Shown: positions 30,424 to 41,151 of the stretch, piece by piece | How positions within the stretch are numbered: position 1 is the first letter of the stretch | How the letters are laid out: the number at the start of each line of letters is the position of its first letter | DNA from: an uncultured Gemmatimonadaceae bacterium | Lineage (GTDB): Bacteria; Gemmatimonadota; Gemmatimonadetes; Gemmatimonadales; Gemmatimonadaceae | DNA length: 64,000 nt | Direction of reading: 5' to 3' | Assembly (NCBI GenBank): GCA_963751275.1 | Contig: CAVVTZ010000009.1 | Span: 64,001 to 128,000 of the forward strand | Made by a program: the position numbers and the translations under genes | The notes under the pieces: model-generated | What the model was told of the DNA's origin: nothing | Databases searched by the model: none | The model's input: the letters and a program-made list of their open reading frames with translations, nothing else

Positions 30424-33315
30424 CTACTGCGCGCCGAGCTTGATGCGCGGCGCGTTGTCGCCGCCGAGGCGCTTCAACGCATCGCGCGACGCCTTCACGT
30501 ACGGCTGGAATGCGGAGTCGGCGAACTCCCAGTCGTCGGCGACATGCGAATAGCCATCCACCGCGATCGCCTTCTCGCCGAGCCGTTCGGCGACGCGAGC
30601 GCGTTCGAAGGTCATGAGCACGATGAAGGTGTTGTTGTCCACGCCGATCGTGTTGAGCACGTCCATCGCTTCGCGATCCCGGCCCTTCGCCTCGAGCAAC
30701 TGAACAACCGTGAGATCGGAGAAGCCGCACGCGTGGCATGTCGAGTCGGGGAGCGTCTGCAGGAGCCGCAGCGCCCCGGCGCTATCGTGCCGCGCGAGTT
30801 GCATGTAGCCCTGGATCTCCTGACGACCGTACGGCGCGAAGGTCTTGAAGAAAGGCTCCTTCGAGAAGCGCGCCAACGAATCGAGATCGCGAAGCATGCC
30901 GCTCATCGCCGCGGTGTCGCCGTGCTCAGCGAAATAGGGAAGGAAGCACGGCGCGCAGCCCTCGCCGGCGATCGAGTGTTCGAAGCGCGCGCGCGCGCTG
31001 TCGGGCGGGTACCCGCCGATCAGGGCGACCAGCGGTTCCTGCCACGACTCGGAGCGGCCGAGAGCGAGTCCCTCGCGCGCGCGCCCTCGGTTCAAGAGCT
31101 GGGCGCTCAGGCGCCGGCGCTCGAAGTTGGTGTCCGCCAAGGGCGTCCATTGGGTGCGGCGCGATGGCGACAACAGTTTGACGAGGTGCACGGCGGTCTG
31201 TGCGGAATCAGGATATGCGTACAGCGCGGCGGAGCCGTAGCCAAGGACATCGTTGCTCGCCGTGTCGAGCAGGTGCGCCGTCTCCGGCGAGTTGGCGCTC
31301 TGGGGATCGGTCACGCGCTGCGCGAGGCGCATCGCGTCGGCTTCGGCATCCGTGGGGTTCTGCGCCAGATAGGCACGGAGGTACCGCTGCCCCGCCGCAT
31401 TCCCGCCGAGCCGGAAGGCGAGCGCGATCGCGTGCAGGTACGTCGGCGAGACGGAGGAGTCGGCCGCGATCGCGCGGTCGAACAATGCCATCACCTTCTC
31501 GGGCGGTAGGCCGACGATCGGCCCCCATGCCCAGTGGAATTGCGCGTCGGCGAGCGCGTACAACACCACCGGATCGCTGGGATACCGCTGCACCGCCACG
31601 TCGAGCGTCTTGAACATCCGGGTGAGCATGCGGACGTCCGGCCGATTGCCGTTCTTCCAGACCGCCGATTCGATCGAGTCTGCCGCGATGAGCAGGCTGT
31701 CGCGCGGCGAGAGGTGGCGGTTGTATCGGCCGGCGCGCAGCGAATAGAAGACCGTCACGCTGTCCTCGCCGCCGTGCGCCCAGCCGTTGGCCTGCGCGAG
31801 GCCGCGGCTCGCGAGCGCGAACGTGCTGTCGATCGCGAGCGCGCGGGCGTACGCCGCGCGCGCCGAATCCCACGCCGATTGCCGGTAGAACTGCTCTCCC
31901 TGCAGGAAGGCCTTGAGCGCGGGAAGCGAGTTCGTGCCGATCGAGGACAGCCGCTCGGCCCCCTGCTGCGGCGAGCGCGTGAGGGTGCGCACGAGTGCGA
32001 AGGTGATCGAGTCGGCCAACCGGTCGATCTGGGTCGGCAGCGAGCGCACATCGATGTCGCTGCCGACGGGGCGTCCGGTGCCCACGTCGAGCACGGACAC
32101 GGTCGCATGCACGGTGTCGGTACCGCGGAGCAGGCCGTACACGACGTAGTGCGCACCGGTGGCGCGTCCCAGCTCGGTGGCCGTGGCGAGATCCGAATGG
32201 CCGGACCATCGCTTGATCACGATGCTCGGCGGCACGGTGCGCATGTCGCCGGCGCCGTCGAGATTGCGCGAGAGGACATCGACCATCCCATCCTGCCAGA
32301 GCGCCAGGTCCGCACCAACGACATCGAACGGCGCGATGGCGACGAGATTGCCCTCGAGCGGGCGCCGCGAGTGCCAGGTGGCGTACAGCGCGCCGGCGGC
32401 GAGCACGATGGCCGCGGCGGCCGCGATCCAGAGCTTCTTGCGCCCGCCGCCCGCCGCGGAAGCCGCGGAAGCGCCGAGCGCGTCGCGGAATTCCTCGGCG
32501 GTGCGGTAGCGCTCGTCGGGCGACTTGGCGAGCGCCTTCGCGATGGCCGCGCTCACGTTCGCGGGCACGTCAGGGCGCGCCTTGTTCACGGGCGCCGGCG
32601 GCGTGGTGAGATGCGCCGCGAGCATCGCCTGCGCGCTCGGTGCGCTGAAGGGGAGCTGGCCGGCGAGCATCTCGTAGCCCACGATCGCGAGTGCATAGAG
32701 ATCGGCGCGCGCGTCGATGTGCCGCTCGCCGCTCGCCTGCTCGGGCGCCATGTAGGTGGGCGTCCCCACCGACATCCCGGTGCCCGTCATGCGCGGAAGG
32801 TCCGCGCCGCTGCGCGCCTCGTCGATCGCGCGCGCGACGCCGAAGTCGGCGAGCACCGCGTGCCCGTCCTCGAGCAGGATGTTCTCGGGCTTGATGTCGC
32901 GGTGGACGATGCCTTTCCGGTGCGCGTAGCCGAGCGCGTCGGCGACCTCGCGCAGGATCCGCGTCGCCTCTTCCACGGGCATCTTCGGGTTCTGCTCGAG
33001 ATGCTGCCGCAGCGATTCGCCGGCGACGAAGGGCATCACGTAGTAGAGCAGATCGTCCTTCGCGCCGGCGGCGAGGATGGGCAGGATGTGCGGATGCTGC
33101 AGATGCGCCGCGAGCTCGATCTCCTTCTTGAAGCGGGCGGCGCTCACATCGCTCGCGAGCTCCGGCGGCAGCACCTTGATCACGACGCGCCGGTTCAGCG
33201 ATGCTTCGAGCGCCACGAACAGGCGGCTCATCCCGCCGCCCGGAAGCTCGCGCTCCAGGCGGTAGGCGTCACCCATCGCGGTCTGAAGGCGGGTCGCTAG
33301 GAAAACGTCGGACAA
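30424..33315 (-). CDS. Ser/Thr kinase with TM, TolB_N-like and TPR-like C-terminal region
   Basis: ELPGGGMSRLF, HRDIKPEN, DFG, GTPTYMAPEQ; TM segment; VAIAPF domain; helical repeats. Confidence 0.9.
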   Translation of the reverse strand: MSDVFLATRLQTAMGDAYRLERELPGGGMSRLFVALEASLNRRVVIKVLPPELASDVSAARFKKEIELAAHLQHPHILPILAAGAKDDLLYYVMPFVAGESLRQHLEQNPKMPVEEATRILREVADALGYAHRKGIVHRDIKPENILLEDGHAVLADFGVARAIDEARSGADLPRMTGTGMSVGTPTYMAPEQASGERHIDARADLYALAIVGYEMLAGQLPFSAPSAQAMLAAHLTTPPAPVNKARPDVPANVSAAIAKALAKSPDERYRTAEEFRDALGASAASAAGGGRKKLWIAAAAAIVLAAGALYATWHSRRPLEGNLVAIAPFDVVGADLALWQDGMVDVLSRNLDGAGDMRTVPPSIVIKRWSGHSDLATATELGRATGAHYVVYGLLRGTDTVHATVSVLDVGTGRPVGSDIDVRSLPTQIDRLADSITFALVRTLTRSPQQGAERLSSIGTNSLPALKAFLQGEQFYRQSAWDSARAAYARALAIDSTFALASRGLAQANGWAHGGEDSVTVFYSLRAGRYNRHLSPRDSLLIAADSIESAVWKNGNRPDVRMLTRMFKTLDVAVQRYPSDPVVLYALADAQFHWAWGPIVGLPPEKVMALFDRAIAADSSVSPTYLHAIALAFRLGGNAAGQRYLRAYLAQNPTDAEADAMRLAQRVTDPQSANSPETAHLLDTASNDVLGYGSAALYAYPDSAQTAVHLVKLLSPSRRTQWTPLADTNFERRRLSAQLLNRGRAREGLALGRSESWQEPLVALIGGYPPDSARARFEHSIAGEGCAPCFLPYFAEHGDTAAMSGMLRDLDSLARFSKEPFFKTFAPYGRQEIQGYMQLARHDSAGALRLLQTLPDSTCHACGFSDLTVVQLLEAKGRDREAMDVLNTIGVDNNTFIVLMTFERARVAERLGEKAIAVDGYSHVADDWEFADSAFQPYVKASRDALKRLGGDNAPRIKLGAQ

Positions 33316-33386
33316 CGGATCGGCGCCTCGTGAAGGACGTTCCAAGTTACGGTTTGAACGCCTCGCGGGGGAGGGTTATCAGCGAG

Positions 33387-33720
33387 GTGAGTGGTGACCC
33401 GAACTCCGTACGTCGTACCCCAAACGCCGTGAGGCGTGAGGCGTGCGTCGAACAGATTGAACGGCGTGATGCGAGACCCGAACGCCGTGAGTCGCGACCC
33501 GAACCACGTGATTCGTACCCCGAACTCCGCGAGTGCACTCACGACTGACGGACCACGGGGCGCGACGCACGGAGTTCGGGGGTCGTCTCACGGCGTTCGG
33601 GTCTCGCCTCACGCCTCACAGTCCGTTCGACGCACGCCTCACGTCTCACGGCGTTCGGGTCTCGCCTCACGCCTCACGGCGTTCGGGGTACGACGCACGG
33701 AGTTCGGGTCGCCACTCTCG
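33387..33720. repeat. About 335-bp palindromic element (family F3)
   Basis: Repeats of CCCGAAC(T/G)CCGTG, GTGAGGCGTGAGGCGTGCGTCGAAC and their reverse complements; GAGTGCACTC near the centre. Confidence 0.85.
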
Positions 33721-33741
33721 CGGTTCGTCTCGGCCTGAAGA

Positions 33742-33770
33742 TTGACGAGAGCGCCTCTTGGGAATACGCT
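33742..33770 (+). promoter_or_regulatory. Sigma-70 promoter, probably giving a leaderless mRNA
   Basis: TTGACG-N17-TACGCT, then 6 nt to ATG at 33777; no SD. Confidence 0.7.
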
Positions 33771-33776
33771 CCCCCG

Positions 33777-34475
33777 ATGCGCTACCGCGAACTGAGCAGC
33801 GCCGAGATCCTGAGCACCATCGAGACCCTGGAGCGCCGCGTCGGCGAGCGGTTCCCCGATTCGGGGCTCCGTCGCCTCTGCCGCGAGTTGCAGGCGGTCG
33901 CGGTGGATGCCCAACGCCGCGTCGAGTCGATCTCGCGGCCCAACCGCTCGCTGCGCGTCGGCGTGGGCGTATTGATCGCCGCGATCCTCGCGATCGTCTT
34001 CTCCGCGCTCTTCTCGCTGCACCTGCCGGCGACGGTGAACGACTTCGGCAGCTTCGCCCAGGCGCTCGACGCCGGCATCAACGACGTGATCTTCCTCGGC
34101 ATCGCGATCTTCTTCCTCGTCAGCCTCGAGCGCCGGATCAAGCGCCGCCGCGCGCTCCGCGCCCTGCACGAACTGCGCAGCCTCGCGCACATCGTGGACA
34201 TGCACCAGCTCACGAAGGGCCCCGAGCGCGCGAGCATCACCGCCTCCGAGGGCGACACGCCCAGCTCGCCCAAGCGCGACCTCACGCCATTCGAGCTGAG
34301 CCGGTATCTCGATTATTGCAGCGAGCTGCTCTCCCTCGTGAGCAAGATCGCCGCGCTGTACGTGCAGCGATTCGACGACGAAGTCACGCTCGGCGCCGTC
34401 AACGACCTCGAATCGTTGACGAGTGGATTGTCCAGGAAGATTTGGCAAAAGATCATGATCCTCGACGTTACCTAG
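33777..34475 (+). CDS. Conserved hypothetical membrane protein
   Basis: 232 aa, two TM segments, LHELRSLAHIVDMHQLTK and YLDYCSELL motifs, genome-typical codon usage. Confidence 0.7.
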   Translation: MRYRELSSAEILSTIETLERRVGERFPDSGLRRLCRELQAVAVDAQRRVESISRPNRSLRVGVGVLIAAILAIVFSALFSLHLPATVNDFGSFAQALDAGINDVIFLGIAIFFLVSLERRIKRRRALRALHELRSLAHIVDMHQLTKGPERASITASEGDTPSSPKRDLTPFELSRYLDYCSELLSLVSKIAALYVQRFDDEVTLGAVNDLESLTSGLSRKIWQKIMILDVT

Positions 34476-34658
34476 CACGGCGTCCTTGGCACCCCGAAAT
34501 CCGTACTTGGTCCCCCGAACGCCGCGTGTAGCGTTGGCGTCTGGTCACGGCTGGGGCGTCCTTGGCATCGCCCGCACCCAGAACCGCCCGAGCCGTGACC
34601 ACACGCCAATGCTACACGCGGCGTTCGGGGGCCAAGTACGTGGTTCCGGGGTTCGCCA
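34476..34658. repeat. Palindromic element (family F3, short form)
   Basis: 34503-34552 and 34591-34639 near-perfect inverted repeats containing CCCCCGAACGCCGC. Confidence 0.8.
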
Positions 34659-34688
34659 CCAGACGTGGATCGACCGTAGATTCCAATC

Positions 34689-35354
34689 ATGTCCCTCGCG
34701 CATTTCATTGCCGCCGCGTTGATCCTTGGCGCCATGCATAGCTTCGGCCCCGATCATCTCGCGGCGGTGTCGGTGTTCGTCAGCCGGCGGCCCGACTGGC
34801 GGCATGCGGCGGGGCTGGGTGCGCGCTGGGGGATGGGGCACTCGGCGTCGATCCTGCTGCTGGGCGGCGCGGTGGTGCTTTCAGGGATCCGGCTTCCCGA
34901 GCGGTTCGGGCCGGCCGCCGAGCGGATCATCGGCGTGGTGCTGATCGCGCTGGGGATCTCCGCGCTCTGGCGCGCGCGGAAGCTGCATGCGCATAGGCAC
35001 GCACACGACGGAGGCGAGCACTGGCACGTGCACTCGCACGCGAAAACGCCGGCGCACGATCACAGCCACGGCGCGCTGTTCGGGATCGGCATGCTGCATG
35101 GACTCGCCGGCACCGGCGTGCTCGTGGCGGCGCTTCCCTTGGCGATCGAGGGCTCGAAGACGAGCGGCCTGATCTACCTCGCGGCATTCGGCGTGGGCAC
35201 GATCTGCTCGATGGCGCTCTTCGCGGGAGTCGCCGGACATCTACTCACCGTGACCACGGCGGGGCGCAGTGGCTTCCAGCGCACCGCGCTGGGCGCCGCG
35301 GGCGCGCTGAGCGTGGGCGTCGGGATCTGGTGGCTCGCCTCCGGTGGCAACTAG
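34689..35354 (+). CDS. His-rich nickel/cobalt transporter-like protein (UreH/HupN/DsbD_2 type)
   Basis: GAMHSFGPDHLAAV, WGMGH, HAHRHAHDGGEHWHVHSH, IGMLHGLAG. Confidence 0.8.
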   Translation: MSLAHFIAAALILGAMHSFGPDHLAAVSVFVSRRPDWRHAAGLGARWGMGHSASILLLGGAVVLSGIRLPERFGPAAERIIGVVLIALGISALWRARKLHAHRHAHDGGEHWHVHSHAKTPAHDHSHGALFGIGMLHGLAGTGVLVAALPLAIEGSKTSGLIYLAAFGVGTICSMALFAGVAGHLLTVTTAGRSGFQRTALGAAGALSVGVGIWWLASGGN

Positions 35355-35472
35355 ACGCGAGCCGCCCGCCACGCCGCCCTGCGACCTCTGCGGCGGGCCG
35401 ACGTGGTGGCGCAACTGCAAGCTGCTGTGCAAGGTCTGCGGCGCCATCCTGATGACGTGCGGGGATCTCTGA
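35344..35472 (+). CDS. 42-aa Cys-rich zinc-finger microprotein (HVO_2523-like)
   Basis: Manual translation: ...CDLCGGPTWWRNCKLLCKVCGAILMTCGDL*; start overlaps the upstream gene end; below the ORF-track cutoff. Confidence 0.7.
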   Translation: MATRREPPATPPCDLCGGPTWWRNCKLLCKVCGAILMTCGDL

Positions 35473-35558
35473 CTGCAGTGGTTGGTCGTACGCGTTTAGA
35501 ACTACTCCCGCCTCGGCGTACCAGACGCTCAGTTGCCAGACGCGCTTCTCAAGCGGTA

Positions 35559-37569
35559 CTAGTTGCCAGAAGCGCTCCTGAGCCGTTCGCCAAGCGCCGC
35601 ACCGTCGATGACCGGCGCGTCACACGCGTAATTCCGGCACACGTAGGCGGTCGCGCGGCCGCCGGCCATCGGGCGGTCCTTCAAGAGCGCGGCCACCGGC
35701 GGTTCGCTCGGCGCCGCCGCGGCGAGCACGAGTGATGGCAGGTAATGCTTCGCGACCTCGGCGAGCAGCGCGCGCGTGTCCTCGCGCGACGGGTCGCCGG
35801 CGATCGCGATCTCGATCGCGCCATCGAGCGACAGCTCCGCCGCGCCCAGCAGGTGCCCGAACGCCGGCCCGTAACGCGCGATCGGCTCCGCGAGCGTGTC
35901 GAGCACCCACGCGGCGCGCCGGCGGTACTCGCGGCGGTCGTCCACCTCGGCGATCCGCAGCACCAGCTCCACCGCGAGCAATGTGCCCGAGGGAACAGCG
36001 TTGTCGGTCACCTCGCGCGGGCGCGTGATCAGCCGTTCGGCGTCGCGCGCGGTGTCGAAGAACGCGCCCGCCGGCTCGTCCCAGAACCACTCGTTCATCG
36101 ACTCCGCGAGTTCGCGCGCGCGGGCGAGCCACGCCGGATCGAGGGTGAGTTCGTACACCGCCAGCGCGGCGAGGCCCAGCGCTGCATGGTCCTCGAGGAA
36201 GCCTCCGATCGCGGTGACGGCGGCGGTGCGCGTGCGCATCGCGCGGCCGTCGCGCACCGAATGCTCGAAGAGGAACTCCCCGTTGCGCACGGCGAGTTCG
36301 CGGTAATCGGCGCGGCCGAAGATGCGCGCGCAGTCTGCGACCGCGCGCAGCATGAGCCCGTTCCACGCGGCGAGCACCTTCTCGTCGCGGCCCGGGCGCA
36401 CGCGCTTCGCGCGCGCGGCGAGCAGCGCGGCGCGTGCGCGCGCCACGATCTCCGGCGGCGCCGGCGGGCCGGCGACGAAGAGGATGTTCGCGCCTTCGAA
36501 GTTCCCGCCGGCGGTCACTCCCCAGTGCGCCTTCATGACGGCGGCGTCGGCGCCGAGGATGGCGTCGATCTCGCCTTCGCTCCAGACGTAGAACTTCCCT
36601 TCGTGTCCTTCGCTGTCGGCGTCGAGGCTCGAATAGAAGCCGCCCTCGGCGGAGAGCATCTCGCGCGCCGCCCAGTCGACGGTGCCTTCGGCGGCGCGGC
36701 GGAATGCATCGTCGCCGGTGGCTTGCCAGAGGTGGGCGCCGAGGCGGGCGAAGAGGGCGTTGTCGTAGAGCATCTTCTCGAAGTGCGGCACGAGCCAGAT
36801 GGCGTCCACCGTGTAGCGGTGGATGCCGCCGCCGAGTTGGTCCGTGATGCCGCCGCGGGCCATCGCGAGGAAGGAGGTCGCGGGCAATGTCGAGGGCGTG
36901 CACGTCGCCGGTGCGGCGCCAGCGGCGGAGCGCGGCGTCGAGCGACATCGTCTGCGGGAATTTCGGCGCGCCTTCGAAGCCGCCGTGCTTGGGGTCGTAG
37001 CGTTCGGCGATCGAGGTCCACGCGCGGTCGAGCGTGGCGGCGCTGAGCGGGCCGGTGGAGCGGGCGGGGTCGGCGGCGTGGGTGTAGAGATCGCGCACGC
37101 GCTGGGTGGTGGCATCCACATCGCCGCGGCGTTCGCGGTAGGCGTCGGACACCGAGCGGAGCACGCGCGTGAAGCTCGGCATGCCGTGGCGGTCCTCGGG
37201 CGGGTAGTAGGTGCCGCCGAAGAAGGGAACGCCATCGGGCGTGAGGAAGACCGTCATCGGCCAGCCGCCCTGCCCGGTCATCGCCTGCACGGCGGTCATG
37301 TAGATCGCGTCGAGGTCGGGGCGCTCCTCGCGGTCGACCTTGATGTTGATGAAGCGTTCGTTCATGAGCGCGGCGGTCGCTTCGTTCTCGAAGGACTCGT
37401 GCGCCATGACGTGGCACCAGTGGCAGCTGCTGTAGCCAATGCTCAGCAATATCGGTCGGTCGGTCTCCCTGGCGCGCGCGAGCGTCTCCGCGGACCATTC
37501 GTTCCAGTCAACGGGGTTCTCCGCGTGTTGGCGCAAATAAGGGCTGCTGCTACTCCCAAGCTTGTTCAT
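35559..37569 (-). CDS. yyaL: Thioredoxin-domain protein YyaL/SSP411; frameshift near 36880
   Basis: SSPYLRQHAENPVDW, CHWCHVMAHESFE, KVDREERPD, PHFEKMLYDNA, DADSEGHEGKFY. Confidence 0.9.
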
Positions 37570-37637
37570 GTTCGGGACTCGGGATTCGGGATTCGCTGGG
37601 GAGTAGTGACTGCGCCTGTCATTCGGTAAGTTCGTTC

Positions 37638-38015
37638 ATGCTCTTCGGGATCGCATTGGGCGGGGCGGCGGGGACGCTGGCGCGCTGGTGGCTGGGCGGG
37701 CTGGCGCAGCGGTACAGCGTCGCGTTCCCGTATGGGACGCTCACCATCAATGTAACCGGGTCGTTGCTGCTGGGATTCCTGGTGCGCTATCTGCTCGCGA
37801 GTCCGGCGAGTCCGGAGTTGCGCGCCGCGCTGACCATCGGATTCTGCGGCGGGTTCACGACCTTCTCGACATTCAGCTACGAGGCCGCGGCGCTGCTCGA
37901 GAGCGGGAGCTATGCGCGCGCCTTCACCTACATGGCGGCGAGCGTGCTGCTCTCGCTGGCCGCGGTGTTCGCCGGCTTCGCGATCGCGCGCGCGGTGCTC
38001 GCGCCGCGCGGCTGA
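37638..38015 (+). CDS. fluC: Fluoride channel
   Basis: GGAAGTLAR, FPYGTLTIN, GFCGGFTTFSTF. Confidence 0.95.
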   Translation: MLFGIALGGAAGTLARWWLGGLAQRYSVAFPYGTLTINVTGSLLLGFLVRYLLASPASPELRAALTIGFCGGFTTFSTFSYEAAALLESGSYARAFTYMAASVLLSLAAVFAGFAIARAVLAPRG

Positions 38016-38031
38016 GCCAAGGAGACGAGCC

Positions 38032-38376
38032 ATGCATGGACTGCCGGGGGAGCGCGTGCTGATGCGGATCCACATCGGGGAATCGGACCGATGGCACGGG
38101 AAGCCGCTGGAGGAGGCGATCGTGAGCGTGCTGCGCGAGCGCGGGCTGGCGGGGGCGACCGTGTTCCGCGGGATCATGGGCTTCGGCGCCACGGCGCGCG
38201 TGCACACCGACAAGATCCTGCGCTTGTCGATGGACCTGCCGGTGGTGGTGGAGTGCGTGGACACGAAGGAGCAGATCGACGCGATCCTGCCGGTGCTGGA
38301 TGAGATGATCGGCGGCGGGTTGATCACCCTCGAGAAGGTGCAGGTGATCGCGTACCGGCCGGGCGAGAAGAAGTGA
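38032..38376 (+). CDS. DUF190 (PII-like) protein
   Basis: IGESDRWHGKPL, GATVFRGIMGFG, LSMDLPVVVE; usual partner of fluC. Confidence 0.9.
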   Translation: MHGLPGERVLMRIHIGESDRWHGKPLEEAIVSVLRERGLAGATVFRGIMGFGATARVHTDKILRLSMDLPVVVECVDTKEQIDAILPVLDEMIGGGLITLEKVQVIAYRPGEKK

Positions 38377-38545
38377 CGGAGGGGGCAGCGGCAGCGAGCG
38401 TCGAGATGGTGGGATCGTCTTCGCGGGCTGTCGTCGGATAACGCCGTCTGGACCCTGTACACGCGCCGCCTACGACCGGATTGAGCAATGCCCGTGCGGG
38501 CGCGGATGTTATCGGGGTGCAACTCGTGCGCCCGGCGCTCTATGT

Positions 38546-39640
38546 GTGATCGCCCCGCTCAGCAATGTGCTCGATGCGTTCTCGCTGCTGTCGGTGCCGC
38601 AGCTGATCGCACTCACGGTCACGCTGATCGCGTACTACTCGCTCTGGCGATGGAGACGCGCGCGGAGCCGCGGCACGACGCGCTGGAGCGAATTCTGCGC
38701 GGCCAGCCGAGTGTTCGTCGTGTACCTCCTGCTCGTCGCGATGTCGGCGGTGCTGCCGCGTCCCATGGCCGCGCTGCGCGTGACGGATCCGGACGCGGTC
38801 ATCTTCGACGTGCACAGTCACACGAACTACTCGCACGATGCGAGCCATACCTTCACGGTGCAGGCGAACCGCGACTGGCATCGCGATGCGGGATTCGACG
38901 TGGCGTACATCACCGACCACCGCTGCTTCGACGGCGCAGCCGAGGGACTGCGCGGGAATCCGAAGCGCGCGGGCGATGGCACGGTGCTGCTGAGCGGCGT
39001 CGAGCTGCAAGGCGATGAGCAGCATCAGGTGGTCTTGGAGCCGCCCGATGCCATGGTGCCGAAGGGTTTCCTGGAAACGTGGTGCGTGCGCGCCGGAGCG
39101 GGCCGCGTTCCCGCGCGGCCGCCCGTTCGGGTGCAGACGATACCGGAAGATCTCTCGAAGATGCGCGTCGCCTCGCCGGCGATGCCGAACGGCGTGACCG
39201 CGATCGAGATCTCCGACGGCGCGCCGCGCGGTCTCGCGCAGGGGGATCGCGACGACAAGAAGCTCTGGGATCTCGCCTCGGTCAACCATCTCACGCGTGG
39301 TCGCCGGTTCGAACAATCACGGTTGGGGACGCACCGCGGTCGCCTGGAATGTCGTGCGCATCCCGGGATGGCGGTCGATGAGTCCCGATTCGCTCGGTCG
39401 AGCGATCGAGGATCGGCTCCGGTCCCGGCAGGTGAATGCCGTGCAGGTGGTCGAGCGGCGCCGATTCGCTTCACCGGAGCAATTCGATACCTCGCCATCG
39501 CGGCGTACGCGTTCATGCCGTTGATCTTCACGGCCATGGTGCTGCCTTCACGTCCCTGGCCGAGTGGCTCTCATGGTTCGCGTGGCTCGCGGCGGTCGTG
39601 CTCATCGCGAAGTTCGCGCGCCGCCGCCGGCCACGCGTGA
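38546..39640 (+). CDS. Membrane-anchored PHP-like metal-dependent hydrolase; frameshifted, start uncertain
   Basis: FDVHSHTNYSHD, YITDH, SGVE, and in a shifted frame VAGSNNHGWG. Confidence 0.6.
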   Translation: MIAPLSNVLDAFSLLSVPQLIALTVTLIAYYSLWRWRRARSRGTTRWSEFCAASRVFVVYLLLVAMSAVLPRPMAALRVTDPDAVIFDVHSHTNYSHDASHTFTVQANRDWHRDAGFDVAYITDHRCFDGAAEGLRGNPKRAGDGTVLLSGVELQGDEQHQVVLEPPDAMVPKGFLETWCVRAGAGRVPARPPVRVQTIPEDLSKMRVASPAMPNGVTAIEISDGAPRGLAQGDRDDKKLWDLASVNHLTRGRRFEQSRLGTHRGRLECRAHPGMAVDESRFARSSDRGSAPVPAGECRAGGRAAPIRFTGAIRYLAIAAYAFMPLIFTAMVLPSRPWPSGSHGSRGSRRSCSSRSSRAAAGHA

Positions 39641-41151
39641 CCGGCCACAACGCCCCGCGTCCCGTACTCACCCGCGCCATCGCGATCGCGCTGGGCGCCG
39701 CGGGGCTCCGCCTCGCAATGGCGGCGGTGATCACGCCGTTCCCCGACGAGACGTACTACTGGGAATGGTCGCGCCGGCTCGCCGGCGGATTCTTCGACCA
39801 TCCGCCGGGGATCGCCATCGCGATCCGCGCGGGCACGGCGCTCTTCGGCGACACGCCGTTCGGCATCCGCGTCGTACCCGTGCTGCTCGGACTCATCGCG
39901 GTGCTCTGCACGATCGAACTGGCGCGCCGCCTCGCCGGCGACGACGGCGCGCTCCGCGTCTCGATCGTGCTCGCCTGCCTCCCCCTCGCGAGCGCCGGAT
40001 TGGTGCTCGCGACGCCCGACGCACCGCTGCTCGCCTTCAGCGCGCTCGCGCTCCTGTGCATCGAGCGAGCGGTGGACGCCGCCGCCACGCCGCGCGCCGC
40101 GCTCGCGTGGTGGGCGCTCGCGGGACTCGCCTGCGGCGCGGCGATGGCATCGAAGTACACGGGCGTGCTGCTCCCCGCGTTCACGCTGGTCGCCATCGTC
40201 GCGATCCCGTCGCTCCGCCGCCAGCTCGCCATGCCCGGCCCGTACATCGCCGTCGCGCTCGCGTCGCTGGTGATGATCCCAGTGCTCTCGTGGAACACGC
40301 ACCACGACTGGATCTCCTTCCGCTTCCAGCTCGCCCACGGACTTGGGCAGGTCCGCGGCACCGGCATCAAACGCGAAGGCGATCTCCTGGGCGGCCAGCT
40401 CGGCCTCGTCACGCCGATCTTCTTCGTCATGATGGTGATCGCGGTGACCCGTTCGCTCCGAACGAGGAACGAGGCACGCGGAACGCTCTTCGCGGTCATC
40501 GCGACCCTCACATTTGCATTCTTCGTCTACAGCGCCTGGCGCCGCCCCGCCGAAGCGAACTGGCCCGCGCCGGCGTACATCCCGGCGCTGGCGCTGCTCG
40601 CAGCGTTCCCGGTCTCGCGCGCATGGAAGAACTGGCTCACTGCCGGCTGCGTACTCGGCGCGATCCTCGTGACCGCGACATACGTGCAGGCCGTCGCGCC
40701 GGTATTCCCGATCGCCGCACGCAAGGATCCCATGGCGCGCGGCGCCGGATTCCGCGAACTCGCCGCGCGCGTCACCACGCTTCGCGATTCCGTTTCACAC
40801 GATGGCAAAGCGGTGCTCGTCGCCGCGCAGAAGTATCAGGACGCCTCGGAACTCGCCTGGTGGATGCCCGGACACCCGGATATCCTCTCGATCAACACCG
40901 GCTACCGCGCGAATCAATACGATCTCTGGCCGCAGCTGCGCGACCGCGCGCAGCCCGGGAGCGCGCTCATCGTCGTCGGCCCGGCGGATGGCGCCGATTC
41001 CGCGATCGCAATGAACCCCGGGCTCACCGCTCTCGCGCCGGTGTATACGCGCGTGACGCTGCTCGGTATCTTCGAACTCGGCCGCGGCGGCTCGGTGCGG
41101 GAACGCAAACGCATCTGGCTCCTCGATCCTCTCACCGGTCCACTGCCATGA
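39637..41151 (+). CDS. GT-C glycosyltransferase (ArnT/PMT family)
   Basis: PDETYYWEWSR, FDHPP, TPDAPL, SKYTG, WISFRFQ; multi-TM. Confidence 0.88.
   Translation: MTGHNAPRPVLTRAIAIALGAAGLRLAMAAVITPFPDETYYWEWSRRLAGGFFDHPPGIAIAIRAGTALFGDTPFGIRVVPVLLGLIAVLCTIELARRLAGDDGALRVSIVLACLPLASAGLVLATPDAPLLAFSALALLCIERAVDAAATPRAALAWWALAGLACGAAMASKYTGVLLPAFTLVAIVAIPSLRRQLAMPGPYIAVALASLVMIPVLSWNTHHDWISFRFQLAHGLGQVRGTGIKREGDLLGGQLGLVTPIFFVMMVIAVTRSLRTRNEARGTLFAVIATLTFAFFVYSAWRRPAEANWPAPAYIPALALLAAFPVSRAWKNWLTAGCVLGAILVTATYVQAVAPVFPIAARKDPMARGAGFRELAARVTTLRDSVSHDGKAVLVAAQKYQDASELAWWMPGHPDILSINTGYRANQYDLWPQLRDRAQPGSALIVVGPADGADSAIAMNPGLTALAPVYTRVTLLGIFELGRGGSVRERKRIWLLDPLTGPLP

Noticed and set aside
33387..33720. 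CRISPR array
   Set aside because: Units are degenerate, arranged as a palindrome, lack unique spacers, and no cas genes are present.
33201..33745. Short ORFs over the F3/F4 palindromes (also 49623-49917, 56318-56891) and long antisense ORFs throughout
   Set aside because: They are translations of repeats or high-GC shadow frames of real genes, with no domain motifs.
37570..37637. Fluoride riboswitch upstream of fluC
   Set aside because: No GGCGAUGG...UGAUG consensus seen; a -10 box lies 5 nt before the ATG, leaving no leader.
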